Assembly (NCBI GenBank): GCA_030765235.1
Contig: JAVCCW010000029.1
Coordinates: 76,939-140,938, forward strand
DNA: 64,000 nt
Direction of reading: 5' to 3'
Source: Candidatus Gorgyraea atricola
GTDB taxonomy: Bacteria > Omnitrophota > Gorgyraeia > Gorgyraeales > Gorgyraeaceae
This document shows positions 21,151 to 32,458 of this stretch, one piece after another; position 1 is the first letter of the stretch, and every line of letters starts with the position of its first letter. A model generated the notes under the pieces. That model had not been told where the DNA came from and made no database searches. It saw nothing but the letters and a program-made list of their open reading frames with translations. The translations under genes and the position numbers were made by a program.

Positions 21151-22329
21151 TTGGTAGAAGCGTGGATCAGTTTTAGATATTTGGTTTCAAAGCGCAGGGA
21201 GAAGTTTATCTCCATTATTAGTCTTATCTCGATAATGGGTGTGGCTGTTGGTGTGATGGCGCTTATTGTGGTGCTGGCTGTTATGAGCGGGTTTGACAAT
21301 GATCTGCGCGAGAAGATCGTGGGCACGAATTCGCATATTGTAATAGAGAAAGACGGCGGGATCGCGAATTATAACCAACTTGTAGATGAAATAAACAAGA
21401 TGCCGCATGTAGTAGCTAGCGCGCCTTTTGTAAATGGCCAGGCGCTTATCAGGCAAAAAGATAAAGTCACTGGTGTGATCTTTAGAGGCATAGACCCTGA
21501 GAGAGAAAAACATGTAACTAATATAGGAAAGTATTTAGTCGTAGGTACGCTTGAGTTAGATAAAGACAGTGTAGTAATTGGCAGGGAGCTTGCGTGGAGA
21601 TTAAACTTAAGTATAGGCGATGAGATTTCTCTTGTTTCAGCTGCTACGCCAAAGCCGACACCTTTTAAAATAGCAGGCATATTTAACTCAGGCATGTTTG
21701 ACTATGACATGAATCTGGTTTTTACAAGCATTGAAGGCGCTCAGGAGTTTTACGCAGTTGAAGGATTGGCAGGCGGCATAGGCGTAAAGGTTGATGATCT
21801 ACACAAGGCTGATGCGATACGAGACCAGATCCAGGAAGCGATCGGGTTTGGCTATTGGGCAAGGAGCTGGTCAGATCTAAACAAGAATCTTTTCAGCGCA
21901 TTGAAGCTAGAAAAGATAACCATGTTTATAATACTTGCATTAATCGTGCTTGTCGCGTGTTTTAATATAATAAGCACTCTCATCATGATGGTAATGGAGA
22001 AGACAAAAGACATTGGCATATTAAAATCCATAGGCGCAACAAATGCCAAGATAAGAAACATCTTTATGCTGAATGGATTTTTCATAGGATTTACAGGCAC
22101 AGCACTTGGCGCAGCAGGTGGATTTATCCTGTGTTATTTGCTTAAGACGTACGAGTTTGTAAAATTACCAAGAGACATTTACTATATAGATAAGCTTCCT
22201 GTGAATTTAAATTTAGCGGACGCAGGGACTGTGATCATAGCAGCAATTGCAATAAGCCTGATCTCCACCTTGTACCCTGCATGGCAGGCAGCGAGGATGG
22301 AACCAGTAGAGGCGCTTAGGTACGAGTAA
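21151..22329 (+). CDS. Lipoprotein-releasing ABC transporter permease LolC/E
   Basis: VLAVMSGF, EKTKDIGILKSIGA, PVEALRYE; start uncertain (TTG 21151 or ATG 21112). Confidence 0.9.
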   Translation: MVEAWISFRYLVSKRREKFISIISLISIMGVAVGVMALIVVLAVMSGFDNDLREKIVGTNSHIVIEKDGGIANYNQLVDEINKMPHVVASAPFVNGQALIRQKDKVTGVIFRGIDPEREKHVTNIGKYLVVGTLELDKDSVVIGRELAWRLNLSIGDEISLVSAATPKPTPFKIAGIFNSGMFDYDMNLVFTSIEGAQEFYAVEGLAGGIGVKVDDLHKADAIRDQIQEAIGFGYWARSWSDLNKNLFSALKLEKITMFIILALIVLVACFNIISTLIMMVMEKTKDIGILKSIGATNAKIRNIFMLNGFFIGFTGTALGAAGGFILCYLLKTYEFVKLPRDIYYIDKLPVNLNLADAGTVIIAAIAISLISTLYPAWQAARMEPVEALRYE

Positions 22330-22335
22330 TCCGAA

Positions 22336-22364
22336 AAAAAGCCGAGGCTGGACCTCGGCTTTTT
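22336..22364. repeat. Short hairpin built from family B arm sequence
   Basis: aaaaagccgagg-ctgga-cctcggcttttt. Confidence 0.75.
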
Positions 22365-22369
22365 CTGAT

Positions 22370-23038
22370 ATGTTGCGAGCTGAAAAGATTCAAAAAATAT
22401 ATAGAAACGGGAAGAAGGGCCTGCGGGTTTTGCAGGATGTTGATCTGGAGATCAAGAAGGGCGAGGCCTTGGCAATAGTAGGGCCGTCAGGCGCTGGCAA
22501 GTCAACGCTCTTGCATATATTAGGAGGCATAGACAGGCCCAGCTCAGGCAAGGTGGTTTTTGAAAATCAGGATTTATATGCATTGCCAGACAATAAGAGA
22601 GCTGAGATCAGAAATAAGAAAATAGGATTCGTATTTCAGTTTTATCACTTGTTGCCGGAATTTACGGCGCTTGAGAATGTGTTGATGCCGACCTTGCTGA
22701 CGGGCCAACGGGCCAACGGGCCAACGGGCAACGATAAGACAAAGAAGTTATTGCAAGAGTTGGGGCTTGGTGAGAGAATGCGTCACAGGCCGAGTGAGCT
22801 TTCTGGGGGCGAACAGCAGCGCGTAGCAATTGGCCGGGCGCTCATAAATGATCCAGATATACTTCTCTGTGACGAGCCCACAGGAAACCTGGATTCAAAG
22901 ATGGGCGAAGAGATACTTGATATTTTACTTGGACTTAATAAAAAGAATCGCACGACAATTGTCATTGTCACACATGATAAAGAAATCGCAAAAAGGGCAG
23001 ATAGAATAATTAAAATTCAAGACGGGAGGATATTATGA
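22370..23038 (+). CDS. lolD: Lipoprotein-releasing ABC transporter ATPase
   Basis: GPSGAGKS, GFVFQFYHLL, LSGGEQQRVA, DEPTGNLD. Confidence 0.92.
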   Translation: MLRAEKIQKIYRNGKKGLRVLQDVDLEIKKGEALAIVGPSGAGKSTLLHILGGIDRPSSGKVVFENQDLYALPDNKRAEIRNKKIGFVFQFYHLLPEFTALENVLMPTLLTGQRANGPTGNDKTKKLLQELGLGERMRHRPSELSGGEQQRVAIGRALINDPDILLCDEPTGNLDSKMGEEILDILLGLNKKNRTTIVIVTHDKEIAKRADRIIKIQDGRIL

Positions 23039-23904
23039 CAAAGGTCTATATCAATGGCGAGTATTTTGACAAGAAGGATGCGAAGATCTCTGTTTTTGAC
23101 CATGGTCTCTTATACGGGGATGGTGTGTTTGAGGGTATTCGCTCCTATAACAGACTGGTTTTTAGATTAAACGAGCATATTGACAGACTCTACGAGTCTG
23201 CCCATGGGATCATGATGAAGATAAATCTTTCAAAGAAAGACATGACAAAGGCGGTCATTGATACATTGAAGCTTAACTCGCTTGATGACGCCTACATCAG
23301 ACTTATTGTCACAAGGGGCGTTGGCGACTTGGGTCTTGATCCAAGAAAGTGCAAAAATGCTTCGATCATTATTATCACAGACAAGATCCAGCTTTATCCA
23401 GAGAAGCTATATAAAGAGGGTTTGAAGATCATTACAGTGTCTACTCCCAGAAATATACCAGAGGCATTGAATCCGCAGATAAAATCATTAAACTATCTTA
23501 ATAACATCCTGGCTAAGATAGAGGCGGTGAATAACGGCTACGAAGAAGCGCTTATGTTTACTGCATCAGGCTATGTGGCAGAGTGTACAGGGGACAATAT
23601 TTTTATCGTAAAAGGCGATTCTCTTATTACGCCTCCTGCATATCTTGGGATCTTAAAAGGTATTACGCGGGACGCGGTAATGGGTATCGCAAAGAAACTC
23701 GGCTTTGACGCAAGAGAGGATGTGCTTACAAGGCACAATCTTTTTACCGCAGACGAGTGTTTCCTAACAGGCACAGCAGCTGAGATCATACCTGTTGTGA
23801 GTATTGAGAAGAGGACCATTGGCGCAGGAAAACCAGGGAAGATGACATTGAAGCTAATGAAAGAGTTTAGAGAGCTGACGAAGAAAGACGGAGTGAAATA
23901 TTAA
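23035..23904 (+). CDS. ilvE: Branched-chain amino acid aminotransferase
   Basis: LLYGDGVFEGIR, KSLNYLNN, FLTGTAAE. Confidence 0.95.
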   Translation: MTKVYINGEYFDKKDAKISVFDHGLLYGDGVFEGIRSYNRLVFRLNEHIDRLYESAHGIMMKINLSKKDMTKAVIDTLKLNSLDDAYIRLIVTRGVGDLGLDPRKCKNASIIIITDKIQLYPEKLYKEGLKIITVSTPRNIPEALNPQIKSLNYLNNILAKIEAVNNGYEEALMFTASGYVAECTGDNIFIVKGDSLITPPAYLGILKGITRDAVMGIAKKLGFDAREDVLTRHNLFTADECFLTGTAAEIIPVVSIEKRTIGAGKPGKMTLKLMKEFRELTKKDGVKY

Positions 23905-23918
23905 TCGGAGGTTTACTC

Positions 23919-24431
23919 ATGTTATGTGATACATGCAAAAAGTCTCAGGCAACAGTGCATTTGACAGAGATCATAGACGATCAGATGACAGAGCTTCATC
24001 TGTGCGAGGAATGCGCGCAGAAAAAAGGCGCGCAGATGGAGAGTCACTTTGGCCTGGCAGATCTTTTAGCCGGCCTTGCAGACTTAGGTAGCGGCCAGTT
24101 TACCAAGGCAAAGAGTGAGACGCAGGTCAAGTGCCCGCGATGCGGCCTTACCTATGAGGATTTTAAAAAAGTAGGAAGATTAGGCTGCGGTGAATGTTAT
24201 TCCGCGTTCAAAGAGGCGCTTATGCCTCTTCTAAAAAGGATACACGGCTCTACGCAGCATTATGGCAAGTCTCCGAAAAAGATGACAAAGACAACAAAGT
24301 CAGTAAAGAGCAAAAATGAATTACAGGAACTAAAAGATAAGCTGCAAAAGGCAATACAGGTGGAGGAGTTTGAGGAAGCAGTTAAGGTGCGAGATAAAAT
24401 CCGTGATATAGAGAAACGCAGGAAGAAATGA
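23919..24431 (+). CDS. mcsA: Protein-arginine kinase activator McsA
   Basis: CxxC clusters, GRLGCxECY, C-terminal UVR motif. Confidence 0.92.
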   Translation: MLCDTCKKSQATVHLTEIIDDQMTELHLCEECAQKKGAQMESHFGLADLLAGLADLGSGQFTKAKSETQVKCPRCGLTYEDFKKVGRLGCGECYSAFKEALMPLLKRIHGSTQHYGKSPKKMTKTTKSVKSKNELQELKDKLQKAIQVEEFEEAVKVRDKIRDIEKRRKK

Positions 24432-24537
24432 CCAATGCCCAATTACCAATGACCAATAAATTCCCAATTACCCAATTTCCAATTGGTCATTGGACATTGG
24501 TCATTTATTGGTAATTGGGAATTGGTAATTGGAAATT
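24428..24537. repeat. Inverted heptamer array (TGACCAA/TTGGTCA type)
   Basis: Degenerate 7-mer tandem arms in opposite orientation. Confidence 0.8.
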
Positions 24538-24554
24538 TTAAGGGGGTTTTACAC

Positions 24555-25604
24555 ATGAAAATAGATGATTTAGTAGGTAACCAAGGCGAGTGGCTGAGGA
24601 GTACCGGGCCGAATTCTGACATCGTGATGTCTTCGCGCATACGGCTGGCAAGGAATCTGGCAAAATATCCTTTTGCGCACTGGGCGAGCAAAAAAGAACA
24701 GCAAGAAATATGGCAGACTGCAAGGGACACGATAAAAACTTCAAAGAAAGTCAAGGGGTCCCTGTGCCTGGATATAGGAAAGATAGATTCTACAGACAGA
24801 CAGTTTCTAGTGGAAAGACATCTGATGAGCAAGGAACATACTGTTGACGCAGAGAACAAGGGCCTTTGCGTGAGCGACAGGGAAATCGTAAGCATAATGG
24901 TGAATGAGGAAGATCATTTGCGCATCCAGGTCATGAAATCAGGTTTTGACCTTAGAGATGCCTGGCACATAATCAATGATATTGATAATGAACTCGGCAC
25001 TTCTTTAAATTACGCGTATTCTATGGATTTCGGATACTTGACAGCATGCCCGACAAATACCGGCACAGGCATGCGCGCGTCAGTGATGCTGCATCTTCCG
25101 TCGCTGGTGATGACAAAGCAGATCGCCAAGGTCTTACAGGCGATCACTAAACTCAGTCTTACCGCGAGAGGCCTGTACGGAGAAGGCACAGAGGCAAGTG
25201 GAAATTTTTTCCAGATATCGAATCAGGTCTCGCTGGGCCACGCGGAAGAGGATATCATTGATAATATAGAAAGAATCATCAAGCAGATCATAGGCCATGA
25301 GCAGAGCGCAAGGGAATCGCTTGTTTCACAAAATAAAAATGCCCTTGCAGACAGGGTCTGGCGGGCGTATGGGACATTGAAAAACGCGTATATCATATCG
25401 AGCAACGAGACTATCGATCTTCTCTCGCTTGTGAGGTTAGGCGTTGACCTTGATTTAATAAAGGAAGTGGATCGCGCGCTTATAAATGAATTATTTATAA
25501 TAATACAACCCGCGCATCTTCAAAAGTTAGAGAAGAAAAAACTAAATCCAAATGAGAGGGATGTCAGGCGAGCGCAGTTGATCAGGGAGAAACTGGGAAA
25601 ATAA
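24555..25604 (+). CDS. mcsB: Protein-arginine kinase McsB
   Basis: [29 protein letters not shown]; start moved past the repeat. Confidence 0.95.
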   Translation: MKIDDLVGNQGEWLRSTGPNSDIVMSSRIRLARNLAKYPFAHWASKKEQQEIWQTARDTIKTSKKVKGSLCLDIGKIDSTDRQFLVERHLMSKEHTVDAENKGLCVSDREIVSIMVNEEDHLRIQVMKSGFDLRDAWHIINDIDNELGTSLNYAYSMDFGYLTACPTNTGTGMRASVMLHLPSLVMTKQIAKVLQAITKLSLTARGLYGEGTEASGNFFQISNQVSLGHAEEDIIDNIERIIKQIIGHEQSARESLVSQNKNALADRVWRAYGTLKNAYIISSNETIDLLSLVRLGVDLDLIKEVDRALINELFIIIQPAHLQKLEKKKLNPNERDVRRAQLIREKLGK

Positions 25605-25618
25605 GGAGGGTACGCAAG

Positions 25619-28072
25619 ATGTTTAACAGATTCACGGAACGGGCACGCAAGGTGATCTTACTTGCAAAGGAAGAAGCAAAGAGATTCAATCATGATTACA
25701 TTGGCACTGAACATATTCTGCTTGGGCTTGTCAGAGAAGGCGAGGGTGTGGCCGCGGTGGTGCTCCAGAAGATGGGGCTCAGCCTTCAGCAGATACGCCT
25801 TGAGATAGAAAAGCTTGTAAAGCCAGGACCGAGCACAGTTATATCAGGCGATATACCTTTTACGCCAAAGGCAAAAAAGGCAGTAGAGTTTTCCGGCGAA
25901 GAGGCGCGCGCGCTTGGCCATAATTACATTGGCACAGAGCATCTTTTGTTAGGGCTTATACGAGAAGGAGAGGGTGTTGCTTCTCAGGTGCTTTTAAATA
26001 TGGGAGTGGATCTTGATAAAGTAAGAGGCGAGGTGGTCGAGCTTTTAGGCTCTGCAACGCCAGGTTTTAGCGCTGGACCGCAGCAGCAGAAGGGTCCTGG
26101 AGGCCGCGCACCAGGCGCAAAATCAAGTTCAAAGACGCCTGCGCTTGACGCATTTGGCAGAAACCTTTCGCAGCTCGCGCGTGATGATAAATTAGATCCT
26201 GTAATCGGAAGACAGAATGAGATCGAAAGGGTGATCCAGATACTTTCAAGGCGCACAAAGAATAATCCAGTACTGCTCGGCGAGGCAGGCGTGGGCAAGA
26301 CTGCTATTGTGGAGGGCCTTGCGCAGAAGATAATAAAAGGAGATATCCCGGAGCTATTGAAGAATAAAAAGGTTATTATCCTGGATCTTGCGCTCATGGT
26401 CGCTGGTACTAAATACAGAGGCCAGTTTGAAGAAAGAATAAAGGCGATCATGGATGAGATAAAGCGCTCGAACGATATAATCATCTTTATAGATGAGCTT
26501 CATACATTGGTAGGAGCAGGCGGCGCGGAAGGCGCTATAGACGCGTCAAATATCTTGAAGCCAGCGCTTTCACGAGGTGAGATTCAATGCATTGGAGCTA
26601 CCACCCTGGATGAATACCGTAAGCACATAGAAAAGGACGCGGCGCTTGAACGTAGATTCCAGACAATAATGGTGGATCCGCCAACAGTGGCTGAGACCAT
26701 AGAAATACTCAAGGGCTTAAGGGATAGATACGAGGCGCATCATAAAGTGGAGATCACAGATGATGCAGTCGAGGCAGCAAGTAAGTTTTCAGACAGATAT
26801 ATTGCTGGCAGGTTCCTGCCAGATAAGGCAATCGACCTTATAGATGAGGCTGGCGCAAAGGCAAGGCTCTCTATCATGACTGCTACTCCTGAGATAAAGG
26901 AGTTAGAGGAAAAGGCAGAGGAGATAAAAAAAGAAAAAGACGCCGCTATAAAGGACCAGGATTTTGAAAAGGCAGCGGGTCTAAGGGATAAAGAAAAAGA
27001 GAGCCGTAAAAAACTCGATAAGACCAAACAACAATGGAAAAAGGCCAGGATGGAGGCAAGACCAAAGGTCGACGAGGAACTAATAGCGGATATTGTTTCG
27101 AAATGGACAGGCATTCCTGTAGCGAGGATGGAGCAAAAAGAGGGTGAGAGGCTCTTGAGGATGGAAGACGAGCTTCACAAGAATATCATCGGACAGGATG
27201 AGGCAATAATTGCTATTGCCCGCGCAGTGAGGCGTTCACGCGCAGGCATAAAAAATCCCAAAAGGCCCATAGGCTCTTTTGTATTTCTCGGGCCGACTGG
27301 AGTGGGAAAGACGCATCTTGGAAGGGTCCTGGCAGAATTTATGTTCGGGGACGAGAACGCGCTTATACAGATTGACATGTCAGAGTACATGGAGAAGTTC
27401 AATGTCTCGCGTCTTATAGGCGCGCCTCCTGGATACGTTGGATACGAGGAGGGCGGGCAGCTTACTGAGAAGGTAAGGCGCAGGCCTTATTCTGTGGTGC
27501 TCCTGGATGAGATAGAAAAGGCGCATCCTGATGTATTTAATCTCCTTCTTCAGGTGCTGGAAGACGGGAGACTCACAGACAGCTTTGGAAGAAAAGTAGA
27601 TTTTAGGAATACGATACTCATCATGACTTCGAACGTGGGCGCTGAGATCTTCAGACGACAGGGCTCCATTGGTTTTAAGTCAGAGAAAAAGGAAATGACC
27701 TATAATGATACAAAGGAAAAGCTGCTTGAAGAAGTAAAAAAGACCTTCAAGCCTGAGTTTTTAAACAGGATCGACGATATTATCGTGTTCCATGGCCTTA
27801 CCAAACAGGATCTCTATAAGATCGTAGAGATAGAATTAAAGGAAGTCAAGGACAGGCTGAAGGAACAGGATATTGAGGTAGAATTAGATAAGTCTGCAAA
27901 GGAAATATTAGTGGAAAAGGGATTTGATCCGATCTTTGGCGCGCGGCCTCTTAAACGCACGATACAGAGACTGCTGGAAGATCCTCTGGCAGAGGAGATC
28001 ATTGCCAAAAACTTTGACAGGTCTAAACCTATCAAGATCAGCGCTAAGAACGGGAAATTAGTATTCAAATAA
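25619..28072 (+). CDS. clpC: ATP-dependent Clp protease ATPase ClpC
   Basis: Clp-N repeats, two AAA+ domains, UVR middle domain. Confidence 0.97.
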   Translation: MFNRFTERARKVILLAKEEAKRFNHDYIGTEHILLGLVREGEGVAAVVLQKMGLSLQQIRLEIEKLVKPGPSTVISGDIPFTPKAKKAVEFSGEEARALGHNYIGTEHLLLGLIREGEGVASQVLLNMGVDLDKVRGEVVELLGSATPGFSAGPQQQKGPGGRAPGAKSSSKTPALDAFGRNLSQLARDDKLDPVIGRQNEIERVIQILSRRTKNNPVLLGEAGVGKTAIVEGLAQKIIKGDIPELLKNKKVIILDLALMVAGTKYRGQFEERIKAIMDEIKRSNDIIIFIDELHTLVGAGGAEGAIDASNILKPALSRGEIQCIGATTLDEYRKHIEKDAALERRFQTIMVDPPTVAETIEILKGLRDRYEAHHKVEITDDAVEAASKFSDRYIAGRFLPDKAIDLIDEAGAKARLSIMTATPEIKELEEKAEEIKKEKDAAIKDQDFEKAAGLRDKEKESRKKLDKTKQQWKKARMEARPKVDEELIADIVSKWTGIPVARMEQKEGERLLRMEDELHKNIIGQDEAIIAIARAVRRSRAGIKNPKRPIGSFVFLGPTGVGKTHLGRVLAEFMFGDENALIQIDMSEYMEKFNVSRLIGAPPGYVGYEEGGQLTEKVRRRPYSVVLLDEIEKAHPDVFNLLLQVLEDGRLTDSFGRKVDFRNTILIMTSNVGAEIFRRQGSIGFKSEKKEMTYNDTKEKLLEEVKKTFKPEFLNRIDDIIVFHGLTKQDLYKIVEIELKEVKDRLKEQDIEVELDKSAKEILVEKGFDPIFGARPLKRTIQRLLEDPLAEEIIAKNFDRSKPIKISAKNGKLVFK

Positions 28073-29163
28073 TGCGCTATGTTATTGCAAGGCATAAATT
28101 CAGGGCGGTCCTGTTATTAATTTTATTAGGCCTGTCCATCGTCTCTATCGCACCTTGGGTTTATGAAAAGATATTCATACAGGAGGAGCCGTTCGGTAAC
28201 ATCGCGCATTATTTGCCGTTGGTGCCTGAGGATATAGAAACAAATAGCGGCACTTTTCTTGATGTAGATTTTTTGAACGATGGTTATGTATTTTCTAGAT
28301 TTAGATTAGAGGATCTTAAGATAAAGGATTTAGTAGTTTCAGCTACTGTTGTTACAAAGGGACAGATCATTAAGGATGAAAACGGAGAGGATGCTGGTTT
28401 TTCAGGAAAGCTTTCTTCCCGAGATATAACATTGGATTCAAATGAATTGCTGCCGCTTGATGTGTTTTATGAGATCAAGGGAGATGTATTAGAGATCAAA
28501 GAGCTGCGCCTGGGTAATTCATGTCGATTAAAAGGCACGATAGGCCTGGCAGAACCTTTTAAGACAGATCTACACCTTGACGTAATCAGGGCAGACATGA
28601 GAAGGATCTCTAAGTTCACGAAGATAAAAGGACATGGTCTTTCGCTTGGTATTGTGAGCGCCAGCTTTGATATTAAAGGAGATATGGCTGGTAATATCTT
28701 TTCAGAAGGGATAATTGAGAGCAGAAATGGAAAGATAGGGTCTATAGGATATAACTTTGTGACGCTTAAATTAGAGGGCTTTGGACCTGTGATAAATATA
28801 GTTGATTCCAGCCTGCATCAGGATAGCAGCAGCCTGACCATGGAAGGTTATATAGATCTGAGAAATATTGCGAAAGGCGGACTGCTTGACGGACTCAGAA
28901 TCAAGTCAGACATGAAGACGATAGCCTGGGATGGCTGGGATATAAGCAAGGATGGCACAGATGAGCTTACCATGTCAAAGGATGTTGGCGAAAATGTCCG
29001 CGTGGGGTTTAAGACAATGCGCAGGGAACCGATCACCACATATCAGGATAGAGAAAATCCAGAAGAGATGAGTCTGGAATATAAGATGGGACTGCAGAAT
29101 CTAAAGATGAAACTCAAGGAAGACGAGGAATTTCTTGGAGTAGAGCATAGCGTGAAGTTTTGA
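28072..29163 (+). CDS. Membrane-anchored beta-rich hypothetical protein (possibly AsmA-like)
   Basis: N-terminal TM; beta-strand pattern; ends in F; precedes mlaEFD. Confidence 0.55.
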   Translation: MRYVIARHKFRAVLLLILLGLSIVSIAPWVYEKIFIQEEPFGNIAHYLPLVPEDIETNSGTFLDVDFLNDGYVFSRFRLEDLKIKDLVVSATVVTKGQIIKDENGEDAGFSGKLSSRDITLDSNELLPLDVFYEIKGDVLEIKELRLGNSCRLKGTIGLAEPFKTDLHLDVIRADMRRISKFTKIKGHGLSLGIVSASFDIKGDMAGNIFSEGIIESRNGKIGSIGYNFVTLKLEGFGPVINIVDSSLHQDSSSLTMEGYIDLRNIAKGGLLDGLRIKSDMKTIAWDGWDISKDGTDELTMSKDVGENVRVGFKTMRREPITTYQDRENPEEMSLEYKMGLQNLKMKLKEDEEFLGVEHSVKF

Positions 29164-29173
29164 TGGAGACGAT

Positions 29174-29956
29174 ATGAAGAAAATGATAAAACGGCTCGGT
29201 CACAATACAGTGAACTTTTTCATATACATAGGCGGGGTGTTTCATCTTTTGGTCTCTACGCTCTTTCATTTATTCAGGCCGCCTTTTAGGAGGAAAGAGA
29301 TATTCGAACACATGTACAATATAGGTGTGCTGAGTTTTCCGATCGTGTTTCTAGTCTCTCTTTTTACTGGTATGGTGCTGGCGCTTCAAAGCGCGTACCA
29401 GCTTACCAAGATGGACGCGCAGATGTATATATCGAGCCTTGTGGCGCTTTCAGTAGTGAGGGAGCTGGGTCCGGTTTTGACAGCACTTGTGATCGCGGGC
29501 AGGGTCGGCGCGAGCATTACAGCTGAGCTTGGCACAATGAAGGTGACCGAGCAGATCGATGCGCTCGAGACACTTGCGGCAAATCCTGTGAAATATCTTG
29601 TTGTGCCGCGATTTCTGGCGCTCTGTATTATGCTGCCTATATTGACGATATATTCAGATTTTATAGGTATAGCGGGCGGATATCTTATAGGTGTGTATAA
29701 GCTGCTGATAGGCCCTACTATTTATGTAAAAATGACATTTGATCCGCTTATGTTTAAGGATGTGTTTTCAGGCCTTTTTAAGTCGCTGGTATTTGCGGTT
29801 ATTATATGCATAATTTCGTGTTACGAGGGTTTTAGGACAGAGGGTGGCGCTGAAGGCGTGGGTAAATCCACGACGCTTTCTGTTGTCACGTCATTCATTT
29901 TAATAATAGCAGCGGATTGCTTGTTTACAGCGCTGTTTTATTTCATGTTCCCATGA
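29174..29956 (+). CDS. mlaE: MlaE-family ABC permease
   Basis: RELGPVLTAL..AGRVGAS..AELGTMKVTEQIDAL. Confidence 0.95.
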   Translation: MKKMIKRLGHNTVNFFIYIGGVFHLLVSTLFHLFRPPFRRKEIFEHMYNIGVLSFPIVFLVSLFTGMVLALQSAYQLTKMDAQMYISSLVALSVVRELGPVLTALVIAGRVGASITAELGTMKVTEQIDALETLAANPVKYLVVPRFLALCIMLPILTIYSDFIGIAGGYLIGVYKLLIGPTIYVKMTFDPLMFKDVFSGLFKSLVFAVIICIISCYEGFRTEGGAEGVGKSTTLSVVTSFILIIAADCLFTALFYFMFP

Positions 29957-30702
29957 TAGAGATAATTAATTTAACAAAATCATTCGGCGGAAATAGAGTC
30001 CTTGATAATCTGAATCTTATTATCAAGTCTGGCGAGACCATGGTTATTATAGGCCGTTCTGGCTGCGGTAAGAGTGTTCTCTTAAAGCACATGATAGGGA
30101 TCCTTAAGCCCGAGTTTGGGCAGGTTATTATAGACGATAGTGATGTTTGCAAGATGGAAGCAAAGGAACTGGACAAGTTAAGGATGGATTTCGGTATGCT
30201 CTTTCAGGGCGCAGCGCTTTTTGATTCAATGACTGTGGGCGGGAATGTGGGCTTTGCCCTCAGGGAACACACTGACATGCCTGAGTATCAGGTGCGCGAA
30301 AAGGTTGCAAAGGCATTGCATTTAGTGGGCCTTTCCGGCATAGAGAATCTCATGCCTGCTGAGCTGAGCGGCGGCATGAAAAAACGTGTGGGCCTTGCAA
30401 GGGCTATATGCAATGAGCCTAAGATTATTCTATATGACGAACCTACAACGGGTCTGGATCCAGTAATGGCCGATGCCATAAATAATCTTATTATAGATCT
30501 GACCAATAAATTAAAGGTGACCTCTATCGTGGTCACTCATGACATGGTTAGCGCTTATAAGGTAGGGACCAGGGTCGCTATGTTATATCACGGAAAGATC
30601 GTTGAGGTAGGAACGCCTAAGGAGATTAAAAATACAAAAGATCCATTGGTAAAACAATTTATAACAGGCGCTTCAAAAGGGCCAATTACAGACGGAAGAT
30701 AA
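29953..30702 (+). CDS. mlaF: MlaF-family ABC ATPase
   Basis: GRSGCGKS, LSGGMKKRVGLARA, DEPTTGLDP. Confidence 0.93.
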   Translation: MIEIINLTKSFGGNRVLDNLNLIIKSGETMVIIGRSGCGKSVLLKHMIGILKPEFGQVIIDDSDVCKMEAKELDKLRMDFGMLFQGAALFDSMTVGGNVGFALREHTDMPEYQVREKVAKALHLVGLSGIENLMPAELSGGMKKRVGLARAICNEPKIILYDEPTTGLDPVMADAINNLIIDLTNKLKVTSIVVTHDMVSAYKVGTRVAMLYHGKIVEVGTPKEIKNTKDPLVKQFITGASKGPITDGR

Positions 30703-30709
30703 TAAGGAG

Positions 30710-31441
30710 GTGGCGATGTTCACTCGATCAAATTTTGAATTAAAGGTCGGTATATTTATTTTTATCGGAATAGTCATATTATCGATCATAGTATTTTCAA
30801 TAGGTAATTTTTACAGCATCAAACGCGGCTATACCATAGATATAGTTTTTAGTTTTGCCAATGGCATAAGCGTGGGCGCGCCTGTCAGGTATGCAGGCGT
30901 AGAGGTCGGCGAGGTGCAGGATATAGAGGTATATTATGACGAGATAGAGCAGAGTCCTATGGTAAAGGTCTTTGTGTGGGTGTCGCAGAATACCTGGATA
31001 AACGAGGATGCAAAGGCAGCCATAAATACGTTAGGCCTGTTAGGTGAGAAGTATCTTGAGATAGTACCAGGTTCAAAGGATAAAAGGCTTTTGAAAAAGG
31101 GAGATACATTAAGGGGGCAGGATCCTGTATCTACGGAGGAGCTTGCAAGGGATACCAAGGAACTGGTTGCAAAGATGGAGATCATGATAAAATCAATAGG
31201 AGAGGTCGTAGGTGACGAAGAATTTCAGAGTTCTGTAAAAAATACAGTCTCTAACCTGGAGGCCCTTACAGCGGACATGAGAGATTTTATTACTAAGGCA
31301 AAAGAAGGCGACGGAACCATAGGCCGCTTTATGTCAGACGACAGCTTGTATAAAAATATGGACGAGATGATCCTGGACATAAAGAAACATCCATGGAAAC
31401 TTTTATACAGGCCGAAAGAGAGTAGGAGGAAGAAGAAATGA
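30710..31441 (+). CDS. mlaD: MlaD/MCE domain protein
   Basis: GAPVRYAGVEVGEV, GLLGEKYLEI.PG. Confidence 0.92.
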   Translation: MAMFTRSNFELKVGIFIFIGIVILSIIVFSIGNFYSIKRGYTIDIVFSFANGISVGAPVRYAGVEVGEVQDIEVYYDEIEQSPMVKVFVWVSQNTWINEDAKAAINTLGLLGEKYLEIVPGSKDKRLLKKGDTLRGQDPVSTEELARDTKELVAKMEIMIKSIGEVVGDEEFQSSVKNTVSNLEALTADMRDFITKAKEGDGTIGRFMSDDSLYKNMDEMILDIKKHPWKLLYRPKESRRKKK

Positions 31442-32454
31442 CTTTAATTTTCATACGCGTATTTTTCATGTTACTAAGTATCATAGTTGGTTTTCAAGTT
31501 GGTTCTTTTGTGCAGGCAGGTGAAATGGATTTTGCGCTTATTGGCGCAGCGATTGGTTTTATTGTAGCGGTATCGATAATCGCGTTCGAATTTGTAACGA
31601 GAAAGGCGTCTATAAGGGGACTCTCGTCTGCTGTATTCGGCCTTATATTCGGACTTATAATGGCAAAGCTTGTCTCTGATACGCTTTCGCTCATACCGCT
31701 TAACCCAACAGTCCTTTATTCTTCAAAGGTAATACTTACCCTGATCTTTTGTTACCTGGGTATGATAGTCGCTGTGCGCGGCAGGGATGAGTTCAATATT
31801 ATCGTGCCATACGTCAAGTTTTCACGGCAGGATCAGAAGGATGAACTCATTATCCTTGATACAAGTGTTATCATAGACGGCCGCATAGCAGATATTTGCA
31901 AGAGCAGATTCATGGAAGGCAAGTTTATTGTGCCGCGTTTTGTGCTAAAGGAACTGCAGGCCATAGCTGATTCCAGTGATTCATTGAAGCGGGCTCGCGG
32001 CAGGAGAGGCATGGATATCCTGAGCAAGCTACAGAAAAATTCAAATATAGACGTGAAGATCCATAATGAGGATTTTCACGACGTAAAGGAAGTAGATGCG
32101 AAGATCGTGAGGCTCGCCAAGATCTTGAGCGCAAAGGTCTTTACAAATGATTATAATCTCAATAAGATCGCAGAGATCCAGGGCGTGAAGGTCTTGAATA
32201 TAAATGAACTGGCAAACGCCTTGAGGCCAGTGGTATTGCCTGGCGAGACAATGGATATACGCCTTGTAAAAGAAGGCAAGGAATACAATCAGGCAGTGGG
32301 ATATCTTGAGGACGGTACCATGGTGGTCGTGGACAATGGAAGAAGATCAATAGGCCAGAGTGTACGTATAGTAGTGGGCAGTGTGCTCCAGACAGCAGCA
32401 GGAAGGATGATATTTGGGAAGTTACCCGAAGACATTAAGAAGAATAAACGTTAG
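31438..32454 (+). CDS. PIN/TRAM domain membrane protein (YacL family)
   Basis: LDTSVIIDGRI, TNDYNLNK, GYLEDGTMVVV. Confidence 0.92.
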   Translation: MTLIFIRVFFMLLSIIVGFQVGSFVQAGEMDFALIGAAIGFIVAVSIIAFEFVTRKASIRGLSSAVFGLIFGLIMAKLVSDTLSLIPLNPTVLYSSKVILTLIFCYLGMIVAVRGRDEFNIIVPYVKFSRQDQKDELIILDTSVIIDGRIADICKSRFMEGKFIVPRFVLKELQAIADSSDSLKRARGRRGMDILSKLQKNSNIDVKIHNEDFHDVKEVDAKIVRLAKILSAKVFTNDYNLNKIAEIQGVKVLNINELANALRPVVLPGETMDIRLVKEGKEYNQAVGYLEDGTMVVVDNGRRSIGQSVRIVVGSVLQTAAGRMIFGKLPEDIKKNKR

Positions 32455-32458
32455 TCAA

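Noticed and set aside
24428-24537. CtsR operator near mcsA/mcsB
   Set aside because: GGTCATT units only loosely resemble the CtsR heptad, lie inside the operon, and fit the heptamer-array repeat class; no ctsR is present.
24483-24554. N-terminal extensions of McsB, MetG, GreA, PilD, AroC, LysS, TatD, IspD and MlaF in the ORF track
   Set aside because: They run through repeats, promoters or upstream genes; better starts with RBS or homology lie downstream.
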